64,000 nt of DNA, from assembly GCA_013265495.1 (NCBI GenBank), contig MU058257.1:1195262-1259261 (forward strand), read 5' to 3'. Numbering within the stretch: position 1 is the first letter of the stretch; each line of letters starts with the position of its first letter. The translations under genes were made by a program, and so were the position numbers. Origin of the DNA: Vicugna vicugna (taxonomy: Eukaryota). The notes under the pieces were generated by a model, which saw only the letters and a program-made list of their open reading frames with translations, did not search any database and was not told the origin of the DNA. This document shows positions 63,590 through 64,000 of the stretch, one piece after another.

Positions 63590-63905
63590 GTTTTTAAGAC
63601 ATTCTGCCTGACTTGTCTCTATTAGCTTTGCTTCCCTCAGGCCATTTCCCTCTTCGGGAACTTTCCTTGGCCCAGGGTTGCTGCTGCACTGCGGTGTCAG
63701 CGCTCTCCCGGCCCCTTACCTGCCGGTCCCTCCTTGGTGCCTGCCCCTGTGCACCCGAGCAACAACAGGGGCCTGTCCTGGCTCCCCTGTGCGCCTTGCT
63801 GGTCCCAGCGGCCCTGACTTTGTTCACACTGCTTTTTTCTCCTGACACGTCTTCCTCTCTCTCCTCCAAGACCCAGGGCAACTACCACTTCCTCCACCAA
63901 GTGCC
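63590..63905 (+). mobile_element. L2 fragment
   Basis: actttgttcacactgctttttctcctgacacgtcttcc...tccaagacccagggcaactaccacttcctcca resembles L2 body. Confidence 0.55.
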
Positions 63906-64000
63906 ACAGACACACACATGGGACAAGGTCCATGGAGGAAAAGGCTGAGGGGACATAGTCCCAATATAGGAGCCAATGTCATACGAGCTCATGACTGCTC

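Overview
Eutherian mammal genomic DNA, most likely a camelid (alpaca/llama/camel). The evidence is four tRNA-Ala-derived Vic-1-type SINEs, artiodactyl-type L1 3' tails, and no Alu, Bov-tA/BovB, PRE1 or SINEC copies that I could see. The window is fairly GC- and CpG-rich and reads as intergenic or intronic. I recognise no protein-coding gene, and the only ORFs with identifiable products are decayed L1 ORF1/ORF2 pieces. Contents: L1, L2 and MIR retroelements, MLT1 LTRs, hAT-Charlie MERs, three solo ERV1-type LTRs (two of one family, 13 kb apart), micro/minisatellites and one 50-N gap. Best-supported points of interest: (1) a nested MER5 > L1 > solo-LTR structure in which the L1 appears to carry a 3' transduction, (2) POU/octamer/MORE motifs in all three solo LTRs plus a perfect MORE palindrome, (3) a dense GATA/E-box/KLF cluster next to a CpG-rich patch at about 20 kb, (4) an unexplained 121-bp duplication, and (5) a speculative minus-strand spliced transcript at the left end. 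I found no convincing novel biological system. Repeat family names come from memory of consensus sequences and need RepeatMasker/Dfam confirmation.
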